Below are positions 1 through 9,286 of a stretch of DNA of 20,000 nucleotides, piece after piece. The translations under genes were made by a program, and so were the position numbers. This DNA comes from an uncultured virus (IMG/VR IMGVR_UViG_3300010220_000093) (lineage: Duplodnaviria; Heunggongvirae; Uroviricota; Caudoviricetes). The stretch spans positions 54,968 to 74,967 of the IMG/VR virus record IMGVR_UViG_3300010220_000093. One strand, written 5' to 3'. How positions within the stretch are numbered: position 1 is the stretch's first letter; every line of letters starts with the position of its first letter. The notes under the pieces are model-generated. The model had not been told where the DNA came from and ran no database searches. It saw nothing but the letters and a program-made list of their open reading frames with translations.

Positions 1-2123
1 AGGAAGAGCTGGACCAGGTTGCCTCCCAGGCCGACGTCATAATCATCGATGAGGCGCACCATTTCCGAAACACAGGGACGAAAGGCGACGAAGGGCCCAA
101 GCGGAAGTCGCGTTACTGGCGTCTTTTTGACATTGCCGCCGGAAAGGACATGTACCTGTTAACGGCGACGCCAATCAACAACAGCTTGCTGGACTTTCAG
201 CACATGGTCGAGTTGTTTAGTCGCCTTCGCCCTGATCATTTCGCTGAGGCACCACTTGGGATACACTCGCTATCAGGTCACATTCGACAGCTTGAAAAAT
301 CGATAGAGCGTCAGCTTAGAACATCCGGAGACGAGGAAGTATCCGAGATCAATATTGCCGAGGTTGGCGACCTATTCTCAACGGACTCACTCTTTGATGC
401 GCTCGTTGTGCAGCGAAGCCGAAGCTATGTGAAAGCGAGCATCCAGAGAGAGGTAGGTTCGCAGATTGTTTTCCCCGAGCCTCGCAAGCCCAAGGTGGCC
501 CACTACTCGGTCAAGCAGACTTACGGAAAGTTGCTTGAGATGGTTGCAGATGCGTTTCACAAGCGTGTCCCCCTGTTCACCTTGGGGATTTACAACCCAT
601 ACGCATACTACAAGGGCAGCGATCCTGACATCATTCCGGCATTGGAAAAGGGGCGTCGGAAGCAGGTTGTCGCCCTCATTAGGACGAACTTCCTGAAGCG
701 TTTTGAGAGTTCCGCAGAGGCGTTTCGCCTTTCTTGCTGGCGACTGCTTCAGAAGCTCCTGGCATGGCTTGACGTGAACGCTTCGTCAGATCACGAACGA
801 GAGGCTGTAGAGCGGTGGAAGCGACGCAATGCGAAGCTGATAGGTTACAAGCCGCAGCTTGATTTCTTGGATGAAGACGAGGACGAAGAAGACCTGTATC
901 CGGAAGAGCTCAGGGCCGCGGTGGAGAAGCTGTCGCGCGATGAATTCGACGTCGAGAAGATCGTCCATGATAGTATTCAGGACTTGGATCAGCTTGCAGA
1001 TTTTCTGAACGAGCTTGAAAAGTTCAAACCGTCTCAGGACAAGAAGCTGACGGAGCTTCTGAAGTTGCTGAGGAGCGATCCCGTCCTCAAAGATCAGAAG
1101 GTTATCATCTTCTCCGAGTTCGGTGAGACCGCTCGGTACCTAGCAGCGCAGTTGCAGGCGGCCGGGATCGAAGGGGTGGACCAGATTGACAGCGGCACCA
1201 AAGGCGACCGGTCTCAGGTCATCCAGCGGTTTGCGCCATACTACAACGAGTCCAGTTCGACTGATCTCGCGAAGCGCGGGCTGCAGGAAATTCGGGTCTT
1301 GATTTCGACCGATGTGCTTTCTGAAGGGCTCAACCTTCAGGATGCGACGCGCTTGATCAACTATGACCTTCACTGGAACCCCGTGCGGCTGATGCAGCGC
1401 ATCGGCCGGGTAGACCGGCGCATGAACCCGGCGATCGAAGCGCGAATTCTCGCTGATCATCCCGATCAGAAGGACCTCCGTGGAACGGTCGGCTACTGGA
1501 ACTTCCTGCCGCCGGAGGAACTGGACGATCTCCTTCGCCTCTACAACCGGGTGTCGCATAAGACGCTGCGCATTTCTAAGACCCTAGGCATCGAAGGCAA
1601 GAAGCTCCTCAAGGAAGATGACGACTACGAGGATCTCCGCAACTTCAGCGAACAGTACGAGGGCACGGCGAGCCCCGACGAACAGATGCACCTGGAATGG
1701 CAGGACTTGATCCACGAAAAGCCGGATCTCGAGGCGGCCCTTGCTGCGCTGCCCGATGCGATCTACTCGGGGAAACGTCACACCAAGAAGGGCGCCCGCG
1801 GGGTGTTCTTCTGTTACGCTCGACCCGCGTTTGATCGCGAAAGAGCCGAACGAGAAGAGCAAGACGTCTGGTCGACGGAAGCCGGTGACGTCAAATGGTA
1901 TCTGGTCGACTTCGAGTCTGAAGCCGTCGTCGAAGATGCCGCGCGGATCGTTGAGATCATTCGCAGCACGCCAGACACACCGCGTGTCGTCGTTCTCGAT
2001 CGCGATCGGCTGTCCGAGGTTCGCAAGGCCGTGGAAAAGCACATCGCCAAGACATACTTGCGAAAAGTTCAGGCTCCGGTCGGCGTGAAGCCGGTCCTGA
2101 AGGCTTGGATGGAACTGAACTGA
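1..2123 (+). CDS. SNF2-family/SF2 helicase (5'-truncated by the window edge), RM-associated
   Basis: The frame is open from base 3 and reads VIIIDEAHHFRN (motif II, DEAH at 48-59) upstream of the ORF-track ATG at 150. Also LLTATP (motif III), VIIFSEF (IV), STDVLSEGLNLQ (V) and WNPVRLMQRIGRVDR (VI). Confidence 0.9.
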   Translation, partial: EELDQVASQADVIIIDEAHHFRNTGTKGDEGPKRKSRYWRLFDIAAGKDMYLLTATPINNSLLDFQHMVELFSRLRPDHFAEAPLGIHSLSGHIRQLEKSIERQLRTSGDEEVSEINIAEVGDLFSTDSLFDALVVQRSRSYVKASIQREVGSQIVFPEPRKPKVAHYSVKQTYGKLLEMVADAFHKRVPLFTLGIYNPYAYYKGSDPDIIPALEKGRRKQVVALIRTNFLKRFESSAEAFRLSCWRLLQKLLAWLDVNASSDHEREAVERWKRRNAKLIGYKPQLDFLDEDEDEEDLYPEELRAAVEKLSRDEFDVEKIVHDSIQDLDQLADFLNELEKFKPSQDKKLTELLKLLRSDPVLKDQKVIIFSEFGETARYLAAQLQAAGIEGVDQIDSGTKGDRSQVIQRFAPYYNESSSTDLAKRGLQEIRVLISTDVLSEGLNLQDATRLINYDLHWNPVRLMQRIGRVDRRMNPAIEARILADHPDQKDLRGTVGYWNFLPPEELDDLLRLYNRVSHKTLRISKTLGIEGKKLLKEDDDYEDLRNFSEQYEGTASPDEQMHLEWQDLIHEKPDLEAALAALPDAIYSGKRHTKKGARGVFFCYARPAFDRERAEREEQDVWSTEAGDVKWYLVDFESEAVVEDAARIVEIIRSTPDTPRVVVLDRDRLSEVRKAVEKHIAKTYLRKVQAPVGVKPVLKAWMELN

Positions 2124-2136
2124 GGGTAGTGATCTG

Positions 2137-5100
2137 ATGGGTAACCTTACTGCCGCCGACCTCGACCGCGTCTCGAACTTCCCTCAGCTTGTATCCCTGC
2201 TGCGCGACAAGCTGGAATGGCCCATCCATGGTGACTACGACTTCGAAGATGTCGTCTTCGAATACGAGGCCAGCGAGCTTGGCCTGAAAAAGGACGAAGT
2301 CGCCAAAATCCGCGAAATCCATCAGCTTCGTCCGCTGGTGACAAGCCAGCCTTGGGGCGTGTTCTTCATCTCGCTCGAGGACAAGGCGCTGCCCGTCACC
2401 GTCCTGCGGCGCATCCTGAAGGCGCTGATCCTGAACCGCCGGGGGCAAGCCAAGACGGCCGACCGACAGGCGTGGCATCTGAACGACCTGATCTTTGCTG
2501 CCAGCTTCGGCAAGTCGGGCGCGCGGGAACTGGCCTTCATCCACTTCTCGGACGGCAAGGCGACGGGCGATCTGCCGGTGATGAAGGTGCTGGGCTGGAA
2601 CGCCCGAGACACCGTGCTGAAGCACGACTATGTCGCGGCCACCCTGCGCGACAAGCTGGCTTGGCCCGATGACCCCGAGGATGCCGAGGCTTGGCGCGCG
2701 ACTTGGGCCTCTGCCTTCGAGCTGCGGCTGAATGAGACGATCCGCACCTCCAAGGACCTTGCCGTTCGCCTGGCCGAACTGGCCTCGGACATCCGGGCGC
2801 GGGTCAATCAGTTGCTGAAGGCTGAAGACCAGACCGGCCCCATGACCACCATGCTCGCGGCCTTCCGCAAAAACCTGATCCACGATCTGGACGCGGATGG
2901 CTTTGCCGACATGTTCGCCCAGACCATCGCCTACGGCATGCTGGCCGCACGGATTTCGCGGCCTGCGGGTATCATCGCCGACAACCTGGCCGACATGGTG
3001 CCCAAGACCAACCCCTTCCTGAAGGAGCTGTTCGGCAACTTCCTCAAGATCGGCGGGCGCGACAAACGGAAGGGCCTCGACTTCGACGAACTCGGCGTGC
3101 GTGACGTGGTCGACGTGCTGAACGAGGCCAACATGGAGGCGGTCCTGCGCGACTTCGGCGACCGCAACCCCAAGGAAGACCCGGTCATCCATTTCTACGA
3201 ACTGTTCCTGAAGGAATACGACCCGAAGAAGCGGATGCAGCGCGGCGTTTTCTATACCCCGCGCCCGGTGGTGAACTTCATCGTCCGCGGCGTCGACGAA
3301 ATCCTGCGGACGGAGTTCGGGCTGCACCTTGGGCTGGCCGATACCAGCACATGGGCAGAGGTTGCGGCGCGGAATGACCACATCACCATCCCCGCCCATG
3401 TGAAGCCCGACGCGCCCTTCGTCCAGATTCTCGATCCCGCCACCGGCACCGGCACCTTTCTGGTCGAGGTGATCGACCTGATCCACAAGCGGATGCTTGA
3501 TCACTGGAAAGGGCAGGGTAAATCGGCGGCCGAGATCAAGGCTGCCTGGAACGCCTATGTGCCCGCGCATCTATTGCCGCGGTTGACGGCCTTCGAACTG
3601 ATGATGGCGCCCTATGCTATCGCGCATATGAAGGTGGGGCTCAAGCTGTCAGAAACCGGCTATTCCTTTGGCTCAGAGGAGAGAGCGCGCATCTTCCTTA
3701 CCAATGCGCTGGAACCAGCGATTGATGCCGCCAGTTCGTTTGAGTTCATCACAGAGGCGCTTGCCCACGAGATCCGGGCGGCTAACGCTGCCAAATCTCT
3801 CCTAGTTGCGACCGTCGTTGTCGGAAATCCTCCATACTCAAAGTCGTCGGGGAACAGATCGCTCTCAGCTGAAGCGCTTGTCTCCCAATACAAGAGCGCC
3901 GTAGTCAATGAAACTAACGTGCAACCGCTTTCGGACGACTACGTAAAGTTCATGGCGCTTTGCGAAAAGGTATCCCCAAAGTATGCATCGATAATTGGTA
4001 TAATCACGAACCGTGGATATATTGGTGGCTTGATCCATCGTGGGATGCGTGAGGATCTTCTACAGAAGTTTGACCGCATTCAAATTGTTGATCTGCACGG
4101 TGATAGCAATGTTGGAGAGAATATTCCACTTGGAATGCTCAATGAAAATGTCTTTGAAATTATGCAGGGTGTCGCGATCTCATTTCTGATCAGATATGAG
4201 AAATCAGGCAGCTATGGAGATACGGAGTATGCAGAACTTTGGGGTTCGCGAGAAGAGAAGTTTGATGCGTTAGTTGCCGATAAGAAGCTACCATTTTCAG
4301 CGCTAGCACCCTTTCCCCCGTATTTCTTTTTCGTGCCAAGAGTTCTTGACTTCGACGAAGAAATGAAAGCATGGCCGCGAATAGATGAGCTATTTTCAGT
4401 CCAAGGTATGGGTGTAAAGTCGCGGCGAGACAGTTTTCTGATCGATATTGACCGGGACGCTCTTCTCCGCCGTATGCAGCTTCTGCATGATGCCGACGAT
4501 GTTGAAGAAGTGCGCGCAGAGCTGAATGTGAGTGACAATCCACAGTGGACTCTTGCGGACTTCCAAGCGCTAGTACGGAGGGAGGGCGTGGAGAAGTGCA
4601 TAACTCCAATTCTGTATCGCCCATTCGATACTCGCTTCATTTGGTATCATCCGCGTGCCATTGAGAGAGGAGACGCACGGTGGCCAGTGATGAAGAATCT
4701 TGTGCTTGGTGGTGTTTCTCTGCTGACCTCGAGGCAATCAGTAAGTGGGCCATTTACCTCGGCGTTTGTGGCAAGCGGGCTTTCTGAAATGAAGACTGCT
4801 GAATCCACGAGGGGATCATACTCTTTTCCATTGCTCTTGAATCCCCTGAACCTTTCCGGTGGATCGGCGCGCAAGACCACTAACTTTGATCCTCGAAAAA
4901 TGCCGACGATTCTAAAGAGTGAAGAAGTTGAAGATGTACTTGGGTTCATTTATGCAGTTCTTTACTCTCCCCAATACCGGGAGCGATACTCTACGTACTT
5001 GGAAATCGAATTTCCAAAGGTCCCAATACCAAAGAACCCATTGGTATTCAAAGAGATTGCTCGATTGGGCAACCAACTGATTTCCTTGCACCTCCTACGC

Positions 5101-5482
5101 CCCGAGGACGCAACCGTCCTGAAGTCCCCCGACATCCAGTTCCGCGGCAGCGGTGAGGCGCGGGTGGCCAAAGGCTATCCCGAGTACCAGAACGGCAAAG
5201 TGATGATCAACGCCAGCCGGTGGTTCGAAGACGTCCCCAAAGCGACATGGGAGTTCCACGTCGGCGGCTATCAGGTCTGCGAAAAGTGGCTGAAGGACCG
5301 CGCCGGGAAGGGCGGCAAGAACCCCGGCCCCGGCCGCGTTCTGACCGAGGATGACATCCTCCACTACCGCCGCGTCGTGGTCGCCCTGACCGAAACTCGC
5401 CGCCTNNNNNNNNNNGGCAGAGATCGACACCGAGATCGAAAAGCACGGCGGCTGGCCGGGGGCGTTCAAGGTGGACGGCTGA
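2137..5482 (+). CDS. Type ISP (LlaBIII-like) N6-adenine DNA methyltransferase + target recognition domain, about 1110 aa, with no helicase domain; spans an assembly gap
   Basis: GVFYTP, ILDPATGTGTFL (motif I), VVVGNPPYS (motif IV), and C-terminal YRPFD and FPKVP motifs typical of Type ISP TRD regions. After the N gap another frame reads AEIDTEIEKHGGWPGAFKVDG* with TGA at 5480-5482. Confidence 0.85.
5406..5415. other. Assembly gap (10 N); true length probably 3 or 3+3n nt
   Basis: Filling ct[gat]ggca gives in-frame ..TETRRLMAEID.. and restores a natural C-terminus. The 10-N placeholder shifts the frame. Confidence 0.8.
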
Positions 5483-6327
5483 TGGCAAAGACTGCTGAAA
5501 CCGCAACAGGCTTCCAGGGCGACAAACTCTATCAGGAGCGGGCGCGCCTCGCGCTGCCCATCCTGATCAGGCAGGCCAAGGCTGGTCAGACCGTCAGCTA
5601 CGAAGACTTAGCTGCCGAGCTTGGGATGCCGAACCCTCGCAACCTGAACTACCCGTTGGGCTGCATCGGCGATGAGCTAAACCGCCTGAGCAAGAAGTGG
5701 CGCAAAGAAATCCCGCATATTCAGGCGCTTGTTGTTTCAAAGGGCACCTCGGTGCCCGGCAAAGGCTTTGATCCTTTCCTGAAAAACCGGGGTAAGGTCT
5801 GGAAAACGCCGGAAGAGCGCAAAGCGATCCTCAAGACCTACATTGCTGAGATCGCCAACTATCCCTACTGGGACGAGGTCCTTGTCGAGCTGGGTCTGCA
5901 GCCAGCTGCGTCCAAAATTGACGATGTCATCGATCGGGCAACCTCCTTTGGCGGCGGGGAGGGGCCGGAGCACAAGGCGCTCAAGGAATACGTCCGCTCT
6001 CATCCTGAATGCGTGGGCCTACCCGTGGGCAGCGCTGCAGGTTCGGTAGAGGCGCCTCTTCCCTCGGGCGATAGCATTGACGTTCTGTTCGACCGCAAAG
6101 ATCGAATCATTGCCGTTGAGGTTAAACCGGCCTCGGCCCCCATCCATGACGTCGTTCGCGGCTTGTTCCAGTGTGTGAAGTACCGCGCGGTTCTTCAGGC
6201 GCGCGCCGATTTTGAAAGCGATCCGAGGCCGATCGACACGCATCTAGTGCTTGGCGGAGAGCTTCCCAAAGCACTGATCGCATTACGAAATAGTCTTGGC
6301 GTCTCTGTCTTTGAGAAGGTGAGTTAA
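5482..6327 (+). CDS. 281-aa protein: N-terminal winged-helix-like domain + C-terminal PD-(D/E)xK (NucS/EndoMS-like) endonuclease domain
   Basis: ATG at 5482 overlaps the upstream TGA (TGATG). HTH-like SYEDLAAELGMPNPRNLNYPLG; nuclease signature EHKALKEYV..EAPLPSGDSIDVLF..IAVEVK..GLFQCVKY. Confidence 0.75.
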   Translation: MAKTAETATGFQGDKLYQERARLALPILIRQAKAGQTVSYEDLAAELGMPNPRNLNYPLGCIGDELNRLSKKWRKEIPHIQALVVSKGTSVPGKGFDPFLKNRGKVWKTPEERKAILKTYIAEIANYPYWDEVLVELGLQPAASKIDDVIDRATSFGGGEGPEHKALKEYVRSHPECVGLPVGSAAGSVEAPLPSGDSIDVLFDRKDRIIAVEVKPASAPIHDVVRGLFQCVKYRAVLQARADFESDPRPIDTHLVLGGELPKALIALRNSLGVSVFEKVS

Positions 6328-6443
6328 CTGGGGCCGCTGGTCTTCGAAAGCCGTCGATCGATGCGCTTCGTGCTGAGCGGCTTGCATTTGGGTTGAGGGT
6401 GTGAGAGCGTTAAGGGGCTTGCCGAGATGGTGGGCGGAAACAT

Positions 6444-6570
6444 GAACCTGGACAGGTTCTGGATGGGGTTGTCACCGGCAGGTGGCGTTTGAGAGGGATA
6501 CCCACCCACTCATTCCGCGGGGCAGGAGCCCCGTGCTGTTCAGGATCTGTCCTCCTTGGATAAGGACGAC
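6444..6570 (+). promoter_or_regulatory. Structured 5' leader or putative ncRNA upstream of the AIPR-like gene
   Basis: 14-bp stem 6450-6463/6539-6552 fully paired with 3 G-U pairs; internal hairpins 6471-6486 and 6517-6534; RBS-masking hairpin TCCTT-GGAT-AAGGA at 6553-6566. Confidence 0.5.
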
Positions 6571-6573
6571 AAA

Positions 6574-7932
6574 ATGAACCCGAACGAACTGATCATCCGC
6601 TTTGAAACCGTTGACCGCCAGACCGAAGGGCCTGTGACCCGGCTTGTCGGCTTTGTGCGGGCGCGCAACCTGCTGCCGCTTATGGATGCGGCGACGTTGG
6701 AAGCGAACCCGCGCACGGCCAAGGTTGGCCAGATCACCTCGGACATCCGCGAGTCTATCGAAACGACGCCCGACCTTTTCCCTTTCAAGACCAAGGGAAT
6801 TCTTGTCGCTTCGGCCAACTGCAAGGAGCTTGAGCGGCGTCGCTATCACATGACCTTCGAAAACCCTGCGATCGAGGGCATTTTGGATGGCGGCCACAAC
6901 ACGCTGGCAATCGGCCTGCACATCCTTTCGGTCGCCGGGGTAGAGCCGCGGGAAATCAAGCGTCTGAAGACGTGGCCCGAGTTCAAGGAGGCGTGGGATG
7001 CCAACCAGGACAAGGTCAAGGCCCTGAAGGCTGCGGCGGCATCTGGTGAGGGTGGGCCTCTTGATTTCCTCGTGCCGGTTGAAGTGCTGATCCCGAGCGA
7101 TCCGGACGATGATCTGCGGTTCGAGGCCTTCACCTCTTCGCTGTTCGAAATCTGCGCGGCCCGGAACAATAACCGGCAGTTGGCCGACGAGGCCAAGGCC
7201 AACAAGAAGGGTCTCTACGACCATCTTCGCGTGACCGTCCCTGAAGAGATTGCGAAGCGTGTGGAGTGGAAGTCGAACGACGGTGGTGATGTCAAAATCC
7301 GCGACATCGTTGCGCTGTCCTGGATTCCCCTCAATCTGATGGACCTGCCGGACGGTGTGTCGAAGCCCCGGGTCGTTGATATGTATAGCCAGAAGGGGAA
7401 GTGCTCGGCTGCATTCGACGCGCTCATGGAACATCCTGAAGTCTCGAAACAAACCGGCGACGGAACGTTCGAACTGCATAGCCAGAAGATCGGCAAGGCG
7501 CTCGCCGTGGCTGGGATCATGCCGTTGCTGTATGACCTGATCTATCGCGAGTTCCCTGGGGCCTACAACGAAAGTGGGGGGCGGTTTGGTCGGTTGTCGT
7601 CGGTCAAAATGGCGAACGACATGAAGACGAAACCCGTCACTGCTTTCAGCAAGACGCCGGTCCAGTACAGCTATCCCGACGGCTTCATCATGCCGCTTGT
7701 ATACGGTCTGAGTGCCTTGATGGAAGCGAACGACGATGGGATCGTGAACTGGAAGGTCGAAGACCCCGCGAAGTTTGTGAAGGACTCCCTGACAAACGTT
7801 GTCCGGCGCTACCGTGCAATCATCGAGGCGTTTTCGGGCGATCCGACGAAGATCGGCAAGAATGAAGGTGCCTACACCATTGCAAAGGACGCGTTTGAAA
7901 CTGAGCTGTTGAAGCTCGGTGCCGCTGTTTGA
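6574..7932 (+). CDS. AIPR-like (abortive infection phage resistance; ParB/Srx-related fold) protein, 452 aa
   Basis: Ordered motifs EANPR, FPFKTKGILV, GILDGGHNT, EICAARNNNRQ match the AIPR pattern (NVR / F..NNGI / I.NGGQT / I..A.N.Q..V). ATG at 6574 has an AAGGA RBS. Lies next to RM genes, as is usual for AIPR. Confidence 0.7.
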   Translation: MNPNELIIRFETVDRQTEGPVTRLVGFVRARNLLPLMDAATLEANPRTAKVGQITSDIRESIETTPDLFPFKTKGILVASANCKELERRRYHMTFENPAIEGILDGGHNTLAIGLHILSVAGVEPREIKRLKTWPEFKEAWDANQDKVKALKAAAASGEGGPLDFLVPVEVLIPSDPDDDLRFEAFTSSLFEICAARNNNRQLADEAKANKKGLYDHLRVTVPEEIAKRVEWKSNDGGDVKIRDIVALSWIPLNLMDLPDGVSKPRVVDMYSQKGKCSAAFDALMEHPEVSKQTGDGTFELHSQKIGKALAVAGIMPLLYDLIYREFPGAYNESGGRFGRLSSVKMANDMKTKPVTAFSKTPVQYSYPDGFIMPLVYGLSALMEANDDGIVNWKVEDPAKFVKDSLTNVVRRYRAIIEAFSGDPTKIGKNEGAYTIAKDAFETELLKLGAAV

Positions 7933-7946
7933 AGCGTATGAAACTC

Positions 7947-7974
7947 CTCTGGCGAACGTTTTCGTTCGCCAGAG
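7947..7974. terminator. Perfect hairpin between convergent genes; possible bidirectional terminator
   Basis: CTCTGGCGAACG-TTTT-CGTTCGCCAGAG, 12-bp perfect stem 14 nt after the AIPR-like stop. U-tails are weak. Confidence 0.5.
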
Positions 7975-8128
7975 TCAACTGCCCAAGGACTTCAAGTTCG
8001 AGTGTCACGAAGTAAAGTCGACAAGAGGTTAACCGGTTCTTCGGAAAATGTCTGCTCCTTCAAGTTTGGCAGACTCTACATCAGACTGAGGGAAATTTCG
8101 GGGGACAGGTCACTGGGCATCGAATACT

Positions 8129-8818
8129 TTAGAACACCTCCCATACCTCGCCGCTGTCCAGCTGCTTGACGAAATCCACCGCCTCGCCGTTCCAGTGATA
8201 GGCGAAATGCGCGCCTTGGGTGGGGATCGGGATCACGTCGGGCCAGAAGACGGCCATGCACTGGCCCTCGGGATAGCGGATGCTGGGCCAGGTGATACCG
8301 TTCGACCCTGCCGCGCGCCGCTCGGCCCCGAAGACCTGCGAGGCGCGGTAGTCATCGGGGTCAAGCAGGTCGGCGCGGCCGGTGGCGTCGTCCAGATCGG
8401 CATCGACGGACCCGATCAATTCGCGGAACTGCGACGTCCAGCCCGGCGCCTCGTTCGTCGCACGCATGAAGCGGGCGTGGTGATGGATGGTTTCGGCGAT
8501 GGCCACCTCGGAGCGGTCGCCCGCATAGTAGAGGCCGAAACTGCCGTCCGAGAACCGCCCCGGCCGCAGGGGCGAGCAATGGACAAAGGGCGCCATGACC
8601 CAGCTGGCGCCGGGCCCGGTCACGCGGCGTGCGACCGGCACCTTCGACAGATCACCGATGCTGTCGCGGATGCGCGGGTTGAACTTGGCTTCGGCCGAGG
8701 CGAGCGCCTCCCAATCGGCGGGATCGGCGATGTCCTCGAAGAGGTCGATGGGCGGGTGGATGGAGCGGATGATGCGGACAGTGCGGGGCCATGTCACGCG
8801 GCGGACAGGCACATTCAC
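8129..8818 (-). CDS. RES-domain toxin (MbcT/ParT-like NAD+-consuming enzyme), 229 aa
   Basis: RIIRS, GRFSDGSFGLYYAG, AIAETIHH and GITWPSIR supply the R-E-S signature. GTG at 8818 overlaps the antitoxin TGA (GTGA). Confidence 0.9.
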   Translation of the reverse strand: MNVPVRRVTWPRTVRIIRSIHPPIDLFEDIADPADWEALASAEAKFNPRIRDSIGDLSKVPVARRVTGPGASWVMAPFVHCSPLRPGRFSDGSFGLYYAGDRSEVAIAETIHHHARFMRATNEAPGWTSQFRELIGSVDADLDDATGRADLLDPDDYRASQVFGAERRAAGSNGITWPSIRYPEGQCMAVFWPDVIPIPTQGAHFAYHWNGEAVDFVKQLDSGEVWEVF

Positions 8819-9228
8819 CAGGCACCCCGTTCGGCATCCAGATAGGACCGCAGGTCGATCAGATCGGTGATCTCGCCGCGCAACATGATGTCCAGCGCGC
8901 TGCGACCACCGAAGGCTGTGCTGGGCTTGCGGATCCATGCATAGCCGCGGGCGGGTTCGGTGAAGAGGTAACGCAGCGCCTTGTGGATACCCATCAGGAT
9001 CGCCATCCGCGCGCGTAGGTCACGGTCGATGCGCCCGATGTCACCAACCTTCCAGCGCGCCCATGTGCGCTGGGCCATGTCGCCCAGTAGCACGCGCGCC
9101 TCGCCATCCGTCAGGCCCCAGGCGCGGAACAGGTTGACGGTGGTGCGCGCCAGCGCCGCCGCTTCCTCGTCGGTGATGACAGGAAGGTCAGGGCGCGCGA
9201 TGATCGGCTGGACCGTGGCGAACTGCAT
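8815..9228 (-). CDS. Xre/MbcA/ParS-family antitoxin, 137 aa
   Basis: N-terminal Xre-like HTH (WGLTDGEARVLLGDMAQRTWARWK), C-terminal AWIRKPSTAFGGRSALDIM..YLDAERG; AAGGAG RBS; directly upstream of the RES gene. Confidence 0.92.
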   Translation of the reverse strand: MQFATVQPIIARPDLPVITDEEAAALARTTVNLFRAWGLTDGEARVLLGDMAQRTWARWKVGDIGRIDRDLRARMAILMGIHKALRYLFTEPARGYAWIRKPSTAFGGRSALDIMLRGEITDLIDLRSYLDAERGAW

Positions 9229-9239
9229 GGTCGTTCTCC

Positions 9240-9276
9240 TTTGGCATCAAGATAGTCATTATGTGCCAAAAGGCAA
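9240..9276 (-). promoter_or_regulatory. Putative TA promoter with overlapping inverted-repeat operator
   Basis: Minus strand TTGCCT-16 nt-TATCTT (9276-9271, 9254-9249); inverted repeat TTTGGCA (9240-9246) / TGCCAAA (9264-9270). Confidence 0.55.
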
Positions 9277-9286
9277 TGATGATCCG

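Noticed and set aside
1957..3570. 537-aa minus-strand ORF (likewise 6472-7479, 8981-10336, 14201-15565)
   Set aside because: Antisense shadows of well-supported genes in GC-rich DNA, with no recognisable motifs.
2137..6327. Single 1396-aa MTase-nuclease fusion ORF
   Set aside because: It depends on the 10-N gap length. A natural C-terminus and a TGATG-coupled downstream start indicate two genes.
1..7932. DISARM or BREX assignment
   Set aside because: No DrmA, DUF1998, PLD, PglZ or BrxC-like genes follow the MTase in the window.
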